A stretch of 64,000 bases of DNA from Hyaloraphidium curvatum SAG 235-1 (taxonomy: Eukaryota > Fungi > Monoblepharomycota), in NCBI GenBank assembly GCA_025558095.1, contig JAIVFI010000034.1:494394-558393 (forward strand), written 5' to 3'. Positions within the stretch are counted from its first letter, which is position 1. Every line of letters starts with the position of its first letter. A program made the translations under genes and the position numbers. The notes beneath the pieces are model-generated. The model was not told the origin of the DNA and made no database searches. It saw only the letters and a list, made by a program, of their open reading frames with translations. This document shows, piece by piece, positions 10,892 through 22,213 of this stretch.

Positions 10892-12330
10892 TCAGATGCT
10901 ACCCGGCACGGCGCTGCGCCAGACTTCGAGGAACCCGTTCTTCTTCCAGCCCGCCTCGATTCTCTCGCGGCCCGCGTGCCCCTCGTAATCCTTCAGCCCA
11001 TCCTTAAGCATTCCTCGCAGGTCGTCCTCCGAGAGCGGACCGGCCTCGCCGTCGGCCTTGACAAAGTAGGCGGTCTTGGGCTTCTTGCCCTCCAGGACGC
11101 CGTCGGCCCACGCGGCAAGCCGCTCGTGGAGGATCCTGACGGCGGGGAGGAATGCCATCCCCGCGAAGAGGTGCGTGGCGCCCTCGTAGATCTCGAGCTC
11201 GGCGGGGATGCCGGCGCCCGCGGCGCGGAGGTAGAAGAGGGTCGAGTCGTCGCGGAGGCGGTCGATCGCGCCTGTCTGCATCCAGCACGGGGGGAAGGGC
11301 AGCTTGGCGAGCTCGGTGGGGTCGGCGTAGAGCGGCGAGACGGCGGGGTCGACGAGGTTGTCGGCGTACGGCGAGACGTACTCCTTGTCGCCGACGACGC
11401 TGCTGGGGTGGACGCCGGCGACGACGGCGCCGGGCAGGGGGCAGAGGTCGATCACGCGCGAGGCAGGGGTCGAGGCGGAGAGGTCGAGCCAGGGGGTGAA
11501 GCCCGTGACGCCCGCGGGCGCAGGGTGGCCCTCGCGGATGACAAAGAAGGCCGTGGCGAAGGACATGTTGCCGCCGGCCGACATGCCCCCGAAGAAAACG
11601 TTGGACGGCTTGAAGCCCTGCTCAAGCAGCCAGAGGTAGGCCGAGGCGCCGTCGTGGAGGGCGCCGGGGAAGCGTTCGGCGGGTGCGAGGCGGTAGGTGG
11701 GTGCGAGGCAGTAGAAGCCCTTGGAGGCCAGGGCGATGGCGGAGCCGCGGATCTGGGTGGGGTCACCGATCACTGGGTGGGAGGGGATCAGCGAATCCGG
11801 GCCACCAGCATTGCGAAGGGAGGGATCCCACCGTAGCCGCCCCCGTGCCACAGAATAAAGGCCTTTTGCTCCGCCGGCGCCTTGCCGTCCGCCGGGGCGA
11901 TGATCTCGGCCTCGACCGGGTCGGCATCTCCCGAAATCGGGTCGTCCGGGAAAGCGCGCCGCGGAATTTTGACGGTCGAGTACGTCAGGCCGTCGGGCAG
12001 CTTTGGCGCTGCGCCGCCGGCGATGCGGGCGCGGACCTTGGCCGTCGCCGGGTGCGGGGCGACTGGGAGGCATCGGCGCGGAGGCACAGCGAGCTGTCAG
12101 ACCGCCGAGAAACATCGAGAATCGCAGCAGAATGACCCACGGATGGCACCCCAGTAGAGGACCGAGCGGGCAAACGTCTCGAGGAGCTCGCGGCCCGTCG
12201 ACCAGGTCGAAATCCTCGGATCGGTCGACAAAAGGCCGATGGCCGCCAGCGCGCGGCGGCCGACGACGCGGGCCACCGTGGGCCCGATAAGGACGAGCGC
12301 GATGAGCGCCGTCTTTGCTGCAGCCGCCAT
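10892..12330 (-). CDS. Alpha/beta hydrolase, HSL-family esterase/lipase, multi-exon
   Basis: WHGGGY, YRLAPAERFPGALHD, nucleophile GMSAGG, DRLRDD, YEGATH. Confidence 0.88.
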
Positions 12331-12960
12331 TTTCGGTGCGGCGGGAGACGAGGGAGAGAAAGTGAGTCGCGGCTAAACTGAAACGTTGCGCGGGCGGCTC
12401 GCCGGCAAGATAGTCAGGGGCATGCTAAGACCCCTGCACCTCTTGCAGGAATCCACTGGCCTTGAAGCTCCACAACGAGATGCTATGCAGCTAGGGTCCG
12501 ACGTACCCAGAATGGCAGTCTCTAGGGCGGCGGACGGTGAAGGCGGGGGACTACGTACTCCTCCTCACGGACCACCGTTGCGATCGCAACAAGCAGGCGA
12601 ATCACAGGAGGGAGCATCAATCCATCGTCTTGATAAGAATCGTAGACTGCTCTGATGCGAGATAGATTCAAACCCTGTCCGCAATGTCCTGGCGGAGGAG
12701 CCGAGCCAGCCCAGTAGAGCCTTCACCTTCCCGATATCGGCCCACGCACCAAATCGACGCCGAACACACGAGCTCGTGGGTCCTACGCGGTGTAGAGACA
12801 TCTAGAACACTCAGTTTTGGTGCTTTTGCCCAGCCTAGGCATCGTTAGGGTTTGAAACATGCCCGACGCTCCCCCACGCACAAATTCCCGTCCGAATGCC
12901 TCCAAACTTGGCCAAGACGCGGATACTTGGTTCGCTTCTGATTGTCGAAATGAAAAAGTT

Positions 12961-13075
12961 TGCGACTGGGCGGGCTCGAACCGCCGGCCTTGGGATTGCA
13001 CATAGAGCCGTCAAGCACCATAGCTTGCAAGCCTATATATGAGACCCACGATCTAACCAGCTGAGCTACAGTCGT
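12961..13075 (-). tRNA. Elongator tRNA-Met(CAT) with 41-nt intron (12997-13037)
   Basis: Cloverleaf with A box TAGCTCAGCTGG, anticodon arm TGGGT-CT-CAT-A/A-TCCCA (U31:U39 pair typical of eukaryotic elongator Met) and T arm GGCGG-TTCGAGC-CCGCC. Intron after position 37; TTTTT Pol III terminator at 12953-12957. A1:C72 and one D-stem position are mismatched. Confidence 0.9.
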
Positions 13076-13261
13076 GTACACAACTGCTTAAGGGTGGTCT
13101 GGAGCGTCCTGACCGGTGGTGCCCACTCTCCGGCACTCCGAGTCGCCCAGCCCCACTTCTGCCCACCACCTCATCCAGTACCGGCGCAGCCAGCCTAGGC
13201 GACGTGCAACAGAGTGATTGCTCGGCAAGTGCGGGAGCGGGCCGGGGCGGTCGACGATGAC

Positions 13262-13316
13262 GATCTTGGTCCACGGCAGCGAGCTTGGTCCACGGGCGGT
13301 GAGCTTGGTCCATGGG
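13262..13316. repeat. Three imperfect 19-20 bp tandem repeats, core CTTGGTCCA
   Basis: Core at 13265, 13284 and 13304. Confidence 0.75.
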
Positions 13317-13325
13317 TCGTCGCGG

Positions 13326-13428
13326 CGACGCCCTCTAGGGCCGGCATTGCTTTCCCGAAGCTGCGCGACCCGCCTTCCGGGGCTTGGGCATCCTTTCCCT
13401 GCCCCGCCGCTTTCCTGCCCACCATCCG
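13326..13428. repeat. Diverged direct copy of 13488-13591, the flank upstream of the tRNA half
   Basis: CGACGCCCTCTAGGGCCGGCATTGC.TTCCCGAAGCTGCGCG present at both positions. Confidence 0.8.
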
Positions 13429-13451
13429 GCAAGCGCGCAGCCTGTCTGGGA

Positions 13452-14761
13452 ACCCACGATCTAACCAACTGAGCTACGGTCGACAAACGACGCCCTCTAG
13501 GGCCGGCATTGCCTTCCCGAAGCTGCGCGTCCCACCTCCCGGGGCTTGGGGCACCCCTTCCTCGTCGCCACCGCTTCCCTGCCCGCCATCCGCGCCCGTG
13601 CTGCCATCTTGGCCATCGTGCACGGGAGCTGAAGTTGGTAACGGCATTGCGCTAACGGTCCATGGGCACTCTTGGCCCTGATGCCTGCTCGGGCTGAAAC
13701 GTCCACGGCCTGTCGCCGCACTTTCGTTGGTGCCACCTCAAACGCCCTGCGGCGATAGCTTTCACGCCAGATCCGCGCCAAGATTCCTGGTTCCTCATGC
13801 TCCAAGGGCCGGATTCTCGCCGTCCAGGGCGGGGTTTTTCCAGAACTGGGCGTAGTCCGGCTGTGCGACCGCGCCCCGCACCCCGCCAACCCTGCGCCGC
13901 GGAAACTTCCACCCGCCAGAACCCCGCCGCGGGGCGATATAAGACGCGCAGCACGATGCCAGCTCGGCATCAAAGTCGATCGACGGCAAACCAAACGCGA
14001 TTCCCATACCCAACTTGAACCAAAGACACCGAAACATGGCCCGCCTCCCCGCCGCTCTCCTCGCCCTCGCCGCCTCCATCCTCGCCTCGATGGCCTCCCC
14101 CGCGAACGCGCAGGACATTTTCCCCACGCCGCCCGCGCCGATCCAGTGCGCCGCCGACACGGCCTTCGGCCTGCCCAACAACGTGCCGTGGTCGCCCTCC
14201 CCGGTCAACGCGCCCGGCATCGTGCTCGGCCCCATCACGCCGGGCTCGTACTACGGCGTCATGGCCAGCAACCTCTCGTCTTTCTCCTCGAACTCGACGC
14301 ACGGCTGCCCCGAGCCCGGCTACGGCGGCGCGTGCGGCACCCAGTCGGGCCAGCTGTGGCTGACGGTGGGCAGCTCGGCCATCTCGGCCGTGTACAACCC
14401 GCTCGCGTCGGGGCCCGTTGTCGGCCGCGTCAGGTCGATGGGCCTGTGGTGGTCGTGCGACAAGCCCGAATCGTGGGATGACATCCGCAAGGGGGAGACG
14501 GTGACGCGCACGTACGACGCGTGCACCGACGAGTACTCGTACACCATCTCGTCGTCGGATGCGGGCAAGGTGCTGCCCCGGTGCGCGGACGGGTACTACG
14601 TGGTCGCCCAGGCGTACGAGTACAGCCTGCCGCAGGCGTGCGAGATCCCGGGGTGCCCGGCCAACTCGACGCATCCCGCGATCGCCTGATGGGCATGAAT
14701 TGAGATAATGAGAGACCTATACCCAGCATCCAATTCTCCTCGTCCGCTGAACTGTGTCCCA
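13452..14761. repeat. Right arm of the inverted duplication; inner end is a tRNA-Met 5' half (13452-13483, minus strand)
   Basis: Reverse complement of 6914-8223. Confidence 0.95.
14036..14689 (+). CDS. Secreted cysteine-rich protein of unknown function, copy 2
   Basis: Translation identical to copy 1; GATATAAG at about 13936. Confidence 0.8.
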   Translation: MARLPAALLALAASILASMASPANAQDIFPTPPAPIQCAADTAFGLPNNVPWSPSPVNAPGIVLGPITPGSYYGVMASNLSSFSSNSTHGCPEPGYGGACGTQSGQLWLTVGSSAISAVYNPLASGPVVGRVRSMGLWWSCDKPESWDDIRKGETVTRTYDACTDEYSYTISSSDAGKVLPRCADGYYVVAQAYEYSLPQACEIPGCPANSTHPAIA

Positions 14762-14858
14762 TTAGCAATTGATCGGCGCCTTGAGTCACCCGGAGTTGGG
14801 AGTTCCGCACGGTCTCCCAGCCTCGCAGACTCCGCCTCCGCCCCCCCTCTCCGGCGCC

Positions 14859-16883
14859 ATGGCGAGCCCGTACCTCTCGCAGCGCATCGTGATCGTCGGC
14901 GCGGGCGTGTCGGGCCTCGTGTGGGTGGCGGGCCGTGCGGGGAGGAGCCGCCGCGACGCGCCTGACTCGGTGTCCCGCGCGCGCCAGCACGGCCAAGGTG
15001 CTCCTGCAGGACGGCTTCACCGACGTCACGCTGCTCGAGTCGTACGCGCACCTCGGCGGCGTGTGGGCAAAGGGCCGCGGGTACCCGCGGCTGTCGACAA
15101 ACTCGGTGCGCGGCAACTACTCGCTGTCGGACGCGCTGCTGTACCGCTCGCCCGAGGAATGGAAGGCGATCGGCGGGAAGGACGGCGGGTACTGGGTGTA
15201 CGGCGACGAGATCAGGGAGGGCCTGGAGAAGTATGCCGACGAGTGGCACGTCAGGGAGAGGTGGGCGGACCGGAAGCGGACTCCACCCCAGCTTCCCGGG
15301 CTGAAGGAGCGCGCCGCAACAGGATCAAGTTCAACTGCCAGGTGCTCGACATCTCCGAGGTCCCCGAGACGGCGCCGCGGTACAAGTGGAACGTGCTGTA
15401 CCGCGACGCGTCCTTGGGCGCCGAGACAACGGTCGTCGCGGACCTCCTTGTCGTCTGCACCGGACTCTTCTCGCGCCCCAACGTGCCCCGCATCCCGGGC
15501 CAGCTTCCGACCGACGAAAACGCCTTCAAGGGGCTGCAGCTCCACTCGAACGACGTGGCCAAGGAGGGCAACGTGGAGAAACTCCTGGCCTGCAAGGACG
15601 TGGCCATCATCGGCTTCGGCAAGTCCTCCCTGGACCTGTGCGAGTGGCTCGGCCTGGAGCGCCGCGCGCGCCGGGCCCGCGGGGTGCCCGAGGCGGAGCT
15701 CAACCGCGTGCGGCTGGTGTACAGGCAGCCGCACTGGTTCGTGCCCATGCAGTTCTTTGCCAAGCTCGACTTCATGCGGCGCAGCGGGCAGGCCGGGGGT
15801 TGGTGGCGCAAGGTATGGGTGCCGGGGGAGCCGGATCCCGACGCGCCGCCGGGGACGCTGGCAAAGAAGGTGGAGAAGCAGGGGCGGTCGCAGTCGAGCA
15901 TCGAGAGGGAGAAGATGCTCGGGAGGAAGGTGACGATCGAGGAGGCGATCCGGCTGGGGCACGGGATACCGGAGGGGCACGTGCTCGTGCCCAACCACAA
16001 GTTTGCCGTGGACAGCTCGCTTGGCGTGGTACGTGTCCGGCGATGCGTCGCGCGGGGCCCTTGAGAGCTCACCGCCCCGCTTCTGCCCAGGCCTCGGAGC
16101 ACTTCTACCCCCTCGCTCTCGCGGGCGACGTCGGCCTGGACATGGTCGATGCCATCCACGCCATCGGCACCGACCCGGCCACGGGCCAGGGCTACATCCT
16201 CGCGCGCCCCAAGTCGCGCGACGGCACCCTCGGCCCCCCGACCCGCATCCCCTGCGACGCCATCATCTACGGCACGGGCTTCCACTTCCACTACCCGTTT
16301 TTCTCCCCCGCCATGCAGGCCAAGCTGCAGATCCCGCGGGACAACCTCGCCGGCGCCCCGCGGTTCTTCCGAACCCTGCTGCCCCTCGCCTACCGCGAGG
16401 GGGGCACGATCCTGTTCAACGGCGTGTTCAACTCGTCCTCGTGCGCGTGCAACATCGAGGTCAACGCGCACTGGATCAGCGAGATGTTCCTGCAGGGAGG
16501 GCCGGCGGCGGGCGACAGGGGCGAGGGGATACTGCGGGTGCCGCCGGCGGCAGAGATGGACAGGCAGGTGACGGCGTTCGAGTGGGTTTCCCGCGCGGCG
16601 CGAGATGTGCGATACTGGCTGAACACCGCCGCCTGGTAGCGCGCTGGACAAGATCTTCGAGTCGGGCGGCGGCGCCAAGGAGGGCAAGGTGCACGTGTTC
16701 GGGCGCTTCATCGACTTTGCCGACGACGTGCTGATGGACATGGGCCTCAAGACGGCGCGCAACGCGGCGACGCGGGAGGAGGACTGGGACACGGTGTACA
16801 TGGCGCGGAGCTGGGGCGGGCTGCTCGAGGAGCGCAGGCGGAGGAGGAGGGAGCTGGCGGCGGGGCGGACGGCGAGCCTGTAG
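14859..16883 (+). CDS. Flavin-containing monooxygenase (FMO-like), multi-exon
   Basis: IVIVGAGVSGL, LGGVW, VVCTG, FMO motif FKGLQLHSND, IIGFGKSSLD, DAIIYGTG. Confidence 0.88.
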
Positions 16884-17100
16884 GCGGCGCAGCGGGACGG
16901 GGTATCCGTATCTGCCGGCAAATAGTAAAATGGACACCAAGGAACATTCCTGCGCCGTTCATGGATGCCCGGCCCGGCAGATCCTGGTTCGCTGTGCGGT
17001 GTTCGAATGGAACCCGCCCGGGGGGGCTGGAAGCTGCGCCGCATCCTAGATCCTTCATAGTCCTTAGCGCTGACGGCCGCCGGACACCACACAGACCACG

Positions 17101-20100
17101 ATGCGCTCAGCACTGCTTCCCATCATCATCCTTCTGCTATTGACCGGCGCCTCGGCTGCTCCGCTGAGGCGGCAGACCGGTCCGCCGGCGGCCGCGGGCA
17201 CCACCGGGCTGCGTGCCACGGCGTGCGGCGGCACCTCGCTGCAGCTCTCCTGCAACGGAGGCGTCGTCGTCATCGCCGACGCGTTCTACGGCCGCGACAT
17301 TCCCGGCGAGGCGGCGCTGGATTTCTCGTGCCAGACGCCGGCCAACAACACGCAAGTCGACGACTGCAGCCTGTCTCCGGCGCTGTCAGCCGCCCTCGCC
17401 GTCGACGTCGCCCGCGCCTGCGATGGGCAACAAAGCTGCAGCTACCTTCTGGACGCCAACTTCGAGGCGATGTGGGGCGACCCGTGCCCCGGCGTGCACA
17501 AGTTCCTGCGCGTGTCGTACGACTGCATGGCGCCCGCGCTGTTCGCGCCCGTGCCGCCCGCGCCCGAGCCGCCAAAGTACCCGACGCTGGGGACGCGCAG
17601 GCCGTCGACGTTCGCCGCGGCAAAGTGCCCGCTGGTCGCCGCCGCCGCGGCAAACGTGTCGGCGTCGGCCGCGAACTGGGCGCTGCGCGTCGAGCCCAAC
17701 CCGGGCCCGTTCGGCGCCTACACCGTCGACGCAGTCGATCTGGACATGTCGGAGCTGGACGCGCTGCTGTCGGCCTGGACCAGCGGCCGGGCTTCGATAC
17801 ACACGGCATACAGCCTCAAAGTGCGCGCGGTCAACGTGATTTTCCCCGGCAACACCGTGTCGGTCGGCCACGGGAACACAGCCAACATGACCCGCGTGCT
17901 CATCGAGGCCGCCAACATCGTCGCCCTGCCCGGCAGCGCGCTCGCGGTCTACTCGACAGCGCCGGACCCGGCCACGGGCGAGCGGGGGCCCGACGTTAAG
18001 ATCAGGGCGGGCAGGGTGTTTGGCCGGCTGGACGTGTTGTTCAACGGGATGAAGGCGGGGAGCCCGCTGGTGCAGAGCGTGTCGGGGACCTACAACCGTG
18101 GGTGCCTCCTCAGGCGAGCCTGAACTCGACCTGACCCTACTCCACCCACGACCAGTCGGCCTCTCGGCCTCTACCATCCCCCCCTCCGGCATCCAGTGCA
18201 CGACGTGGGCGATCCAAGGCAGCGACGTCGCCTTCCCCTACGCAGCGATCCCCACCTGCGCGCCCCTCCCCCTCTCGCAGTCCTTTGCCCCCATCTGCGT
18301 CAGCCAGATGGACACCTCCAACCCCGGCAGCCCAGTCGGCCTCAACCTGAACCCCTACTACGGCGCCAGCTGGGCGACCGCCCCGGGCCAGGATGGGCTG
18401 CCCTTCAACACGGACCGGTTCACGTGGGACAGCAAAGCCAACCCGAACGGCGCCTTTGCCCTGGACGCCCGCGTGTTCTACGACGCCGAGGGCACCCCCG
18501 GCAACACATCCACCTCGACCACCGCCTACGCCGGCATCGCCTCGACCGCGGACTACTCGATCTCGCTGTACAACAACCCGCGCGCCGACGGCAGCCTGGC
18601 CCTCATCAGCCAGTGGAGCGCCGCCTTCGACCCGAGCAACCCCCTGCCCAACATGCAGCAGCTGCAGAACGCGACATGCGGCGGCGGATGGCAGGTCGGC
18701 TGGAAAGCCGCGGCGTTCGGAGAGCTCGCGCAGACCCCCGGCGCTGGCATGGCCGACCCATCCTCGTTCCCCGCGCTCCCCTCGCAGATCGCCGCCCTCG
18801 CCTCGGCCTGCGCCGACGAGATGGTCGGCTCCGGCCGGTACGCCGAGGCTTTTGCCTTTGCCCTGGACCTCGGCGAGCTGCTCTCGCTCGGCGCAGCGCG
18901 GGGGGACTACGCTGCCTCGGCCAGCCTGGGCGGCATGTTCGCATCGCAGTCGTCCCTGCGCGCCGACCGGCGCGACCTCGCCATCCAGCCCGTGCCGTTC
19001 CTCTCGCAGTCGAGCATCGACCAGCTCGCCGCCCTGGAGGTGCAGAACCTCGAGGCGCTGGCGGCGCAGGTGGATGCCGTGCGGGACTCGACGCAGCCAA
19101 TCTCCAGCGCGCTGCAGGTAGCCAGGGGTGCGGCGCAGGTGGCCGCCGCGCAGGCGCAGGTCTACCGGGACTCGCTCGGGCTCGACAGGAGCTACGTGCA
19201 GTCGCTCGGCCTTGCCGTGCAACAGCTCAATGCCTCGTTCGCCGAGGCGCACGCCAACCTCAACGCCACTGGCAAGGCATTCATGGATGCCGTGTACAAG
19301 AAGGTGGAGGAGAACGTGTTCGAGGCCGCGTTCGAGCTCGTCTTTGCCATCCTGTCGGCGCTCGTGGGCGGCATCGGCGAGGGGGCGGCAATCGCCAAGA
19401 TCGGCAAGGACGCGGGGTCGCTGGGGAAGCTGTTCCAGGACCTGGAAAAGGTGGCCAACATGCTGAAGGAGATCGGCACGCTGCTGGCAGGGATCAATTC
19501 CATCATTGCGGTAAGCTTTGTGGGCAGCAGCTCGTCTGACACGGCCCGATCTCACCTCTTCCCATGCCAGGCCTCGGTGACGCTCAACAACGCCATCGTC
19601 AGCAACCCGGTCGGCAACACGGACCTCAGCGGGGCTATTGCCTCGGCGCTGGCGGGCAACCTGAGCACCGGCAACCTCGCCTCGCTCGCCTCGTCGGCCC
19701 TCGCGTTCCAGAACCTCCACGACGAAGCCTACATCACCGTCGGCCCCGCCATCAACCAAGGCATCACGGGCGCGTCCGAATACGCCGAAGCCCTGGCCAA
19801 GACCGCCAACGCGGGCGGCGACCTCGTCAAGGCGCAGATCAACTACCTCGCAGCGCAGAACAAGGAGCTCGTGGCGGCGCTCAAGTACCAGGCCGCGCAG
19901 GCCGAGGCAAATGCGCTGCAGGCACGGGCGAACCAGCTCGCCAACGACGAGACGGCTGTGGTGGAGGCGGTGATCGAGATGGAGTTTTCGCTCATGAAGC
20001 AGAAGCTGAGGTCGCTCGGGCTGATCTGGGAGGGTGAGTTTGGCGGCATGGTCTTGTGGCTTCTGGCGATGCTGAAGATCGGCTCCCGTCCAGCCTGCTC

Positions 20101-20827
20101 CGCCTACGAGTTTGCCAAGACCCTCCCCTGCCCGCTCAACTCGAGCTTCTCCTACCCGAACCTGGCGAGCCCGACAAAGTACTTTGCCTACCAGCTGGAC
20201 GCGGCGCTCGCCAGTGTCACCGAGGTGGCCGACCTCGAACAGTGCTTCTGCAACATCTCCTGGGTCATCACCGAGCCCTCCTTCATTGGCAACCTCTCCG
20301 CCAACGGCTCGGCGGTGCTGGACCTCTCGGACCCATGGAGCGACAACGTGCGCGACCTCCGCCCTGTGGACAACTTCCACGTGCTGCGGATGGCGCTCAA
20401 GCCGTACGGCATCCGCCCCGCGGGCACCAACCCCGACCCGATCCTCGCGCTCACCGTCACCTCCAACGGCGAGTACCGCAGCCTGACCACCGACCCGGCC
20501 TCGGGGCAGCGGCTCGTGCAGTCGTTCGTTGCGCCGACCTTCCCCGTGGGGCTGACGCTGCAGCCCACGGACGGGTGGAAAGTGGTCGAGTTTGCCGACC
20601 TGATCAGCGCCGAGACGGGCAAAAACTACGTGCCGACGCCGTACACGCGGTTCCTGATCGAGGACAACCCGCTCGGCTCGCGGTGGGACTGGTCGGGGGT
20701 GTGGGGCGTCCAGATCGAGCTGTGGGGCTTCGGACGCAACTCGTACGGCGGGACGGGCGGGGCGGCGGGGTCGTGCAACGTCTGCCAGACCATCAGCGTC
20801 GGCGGGAGCAGGCCTGGGCGGCGGTGA
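17101..20827 (+). CDS. Large secreted protein: SUEL/rhamnose-binding lectin domain, long helical region and beta-rich C-terminal domain
   Basis: Signal peptide; SUEL pattern AC...LSC...IADAFYGR...CDGQQSC...GDPCPGVHKFLRVSYDC. Introns near 18098-18156, 19511-19570 and 20035-20093. Confidence 0.8.
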
Positions 20828-20983
20828 TCGGGAGCGGTGGAGGCATCTCATGCAAGGTTGCTTGTGTGCAGCTTGACCTGGCATCGGCTTGTGGGCAAGA
20901 AGCTGGTGAGGCGTCAGGATGGGGAGTAGAAGGCGGACATGGACATTCCCGAAGCGTGGGGCGAGTTGAATTCACTTCCATTC

Positions 20984-22213
20984 TCAATACGAGGTTTCCG
21001 GCCATGAACGAAGGATCCGATTTAGCTCCCGCACGACCTCGGCCATGACCGGCCTGTCCTCAGGATCCTGCGCCCACATCCGCTGCATGAGCGCCCGCAG
21101 GTCGTCGCGAAGGTCTTCTGGCCTGTCTGGCCGCCCTCCATCACCGACGAATTTCTCCATGCTAGATAGCTCCCACAGCATCAAATCTGTGAAAGGGTAG
21201 TCTCCGTCGCTCGCGACTTGCCAGCAGGTCATTGCGAAGGTGTACACGTCTGCAGGAAGCCCGATTGGGCCATCGGAGCTCCACAGTTCCGGTGCCATGA
21301 ATGGAGGGGTCCCACCCCGTTGGTTTTTGTGGTAGGAATCATCATCCATCAGTTGCGCTAGACAGAATCCTGATATCTTCGCTGTTTTGCCGCCTGCAAA
21401 CGCATGTCAAGCAGCGGGTGAGAACGGAATGGTCCACAAAGCGCGTGCTTTCCCACTCACAGATCAAAATGTTCGTGCTCTTAATGTCACCATGCCTAAT
21501 GGACCTTGCATGAAGAAACGCCAACCCATTTGCCGCATCCAGCAGGTACCGCCATGCTTGGTACCGCTCCTTATCAATAGCGTCGAGCAGATTCCCATCG
21601 TGCAGCTCAGTCGCAATCATCGGAGGGTCATCACAGTACGCCAAAAATGCAACAATATTATGGTGGCGAAGCGGGGCCCAAACGGAAACCTCGTTGCGGA
21701 GCATCGCCAGTGTTCTGTCCGCAAGGTACTGTCGATGGTCCCGTTGAAACTCGAAGATGCACACTGGTTCTGAGCCGTTGAGGAACCCTTTCCAATACTT
21801 GCCAAAGCCTTCTCCTGAAAGCTCGCTGACCATGTTCAGCTTGTGCGATTCAACTCGCAGGAATTTTAAGCCAGGGTCCGAAGGATTCGCCTCCCGCCGG
21901 CGCTTGCCCTCGGCATCGGCCATTCTCTTGCGCTCGGCCTCCAGAGCAGCACGCTCCTGCGCAATGCGTGCTTCCTCCTCTTTCCGCTTCCGCTCCGGCT
22001 CTTTTCTGCGCTCTTCCTCGATCTGCTGTTCCCGCCGGCGCCTCTCGTCGTCAGCGGCCACCCCCTTGCGTTCCGCCTCCAGAGCAGCCCGTTCCTGAGC
22101 AATCCGTGCCGCTTCTTCTTTTCGCTTCCGTTCGGCCTCCTTTCGGCGCTCCTCCTCGATCTGTTCACGCCGGCGCCTCTCCTCGTCAGCGGCAAGCCTC
22201 TTGCGCTCGGCGG
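20984..22213 (-). pseudogene. TKL-type pseudokinase domain preceded by E/R-rich coiled-coil repeats; no start codon of its own
   Basis: GEGFG loop, VCIFEF (no catalytic Lys), HGDIKSTN, spliced AKISGFCLA (no DFG), GTPPFMAPE, DVYTF, PEDRP. Confidence 0.7.
21890..22213 (-). repeat. About 2.5 imperfect tandem copies of a ~130 bp coding repeat
   Basis: Encodes AERKxxAADxERRRREQIEEERRKExERKRKEExARIAQERAALE. Confidence 0.75.

Noticed and set aside
13262-13316. CRISPR-like reading of short repeats (also 51245-51292)
   Set aside because: Too few units, spacers too short, no cas genes, eukaryotic context.
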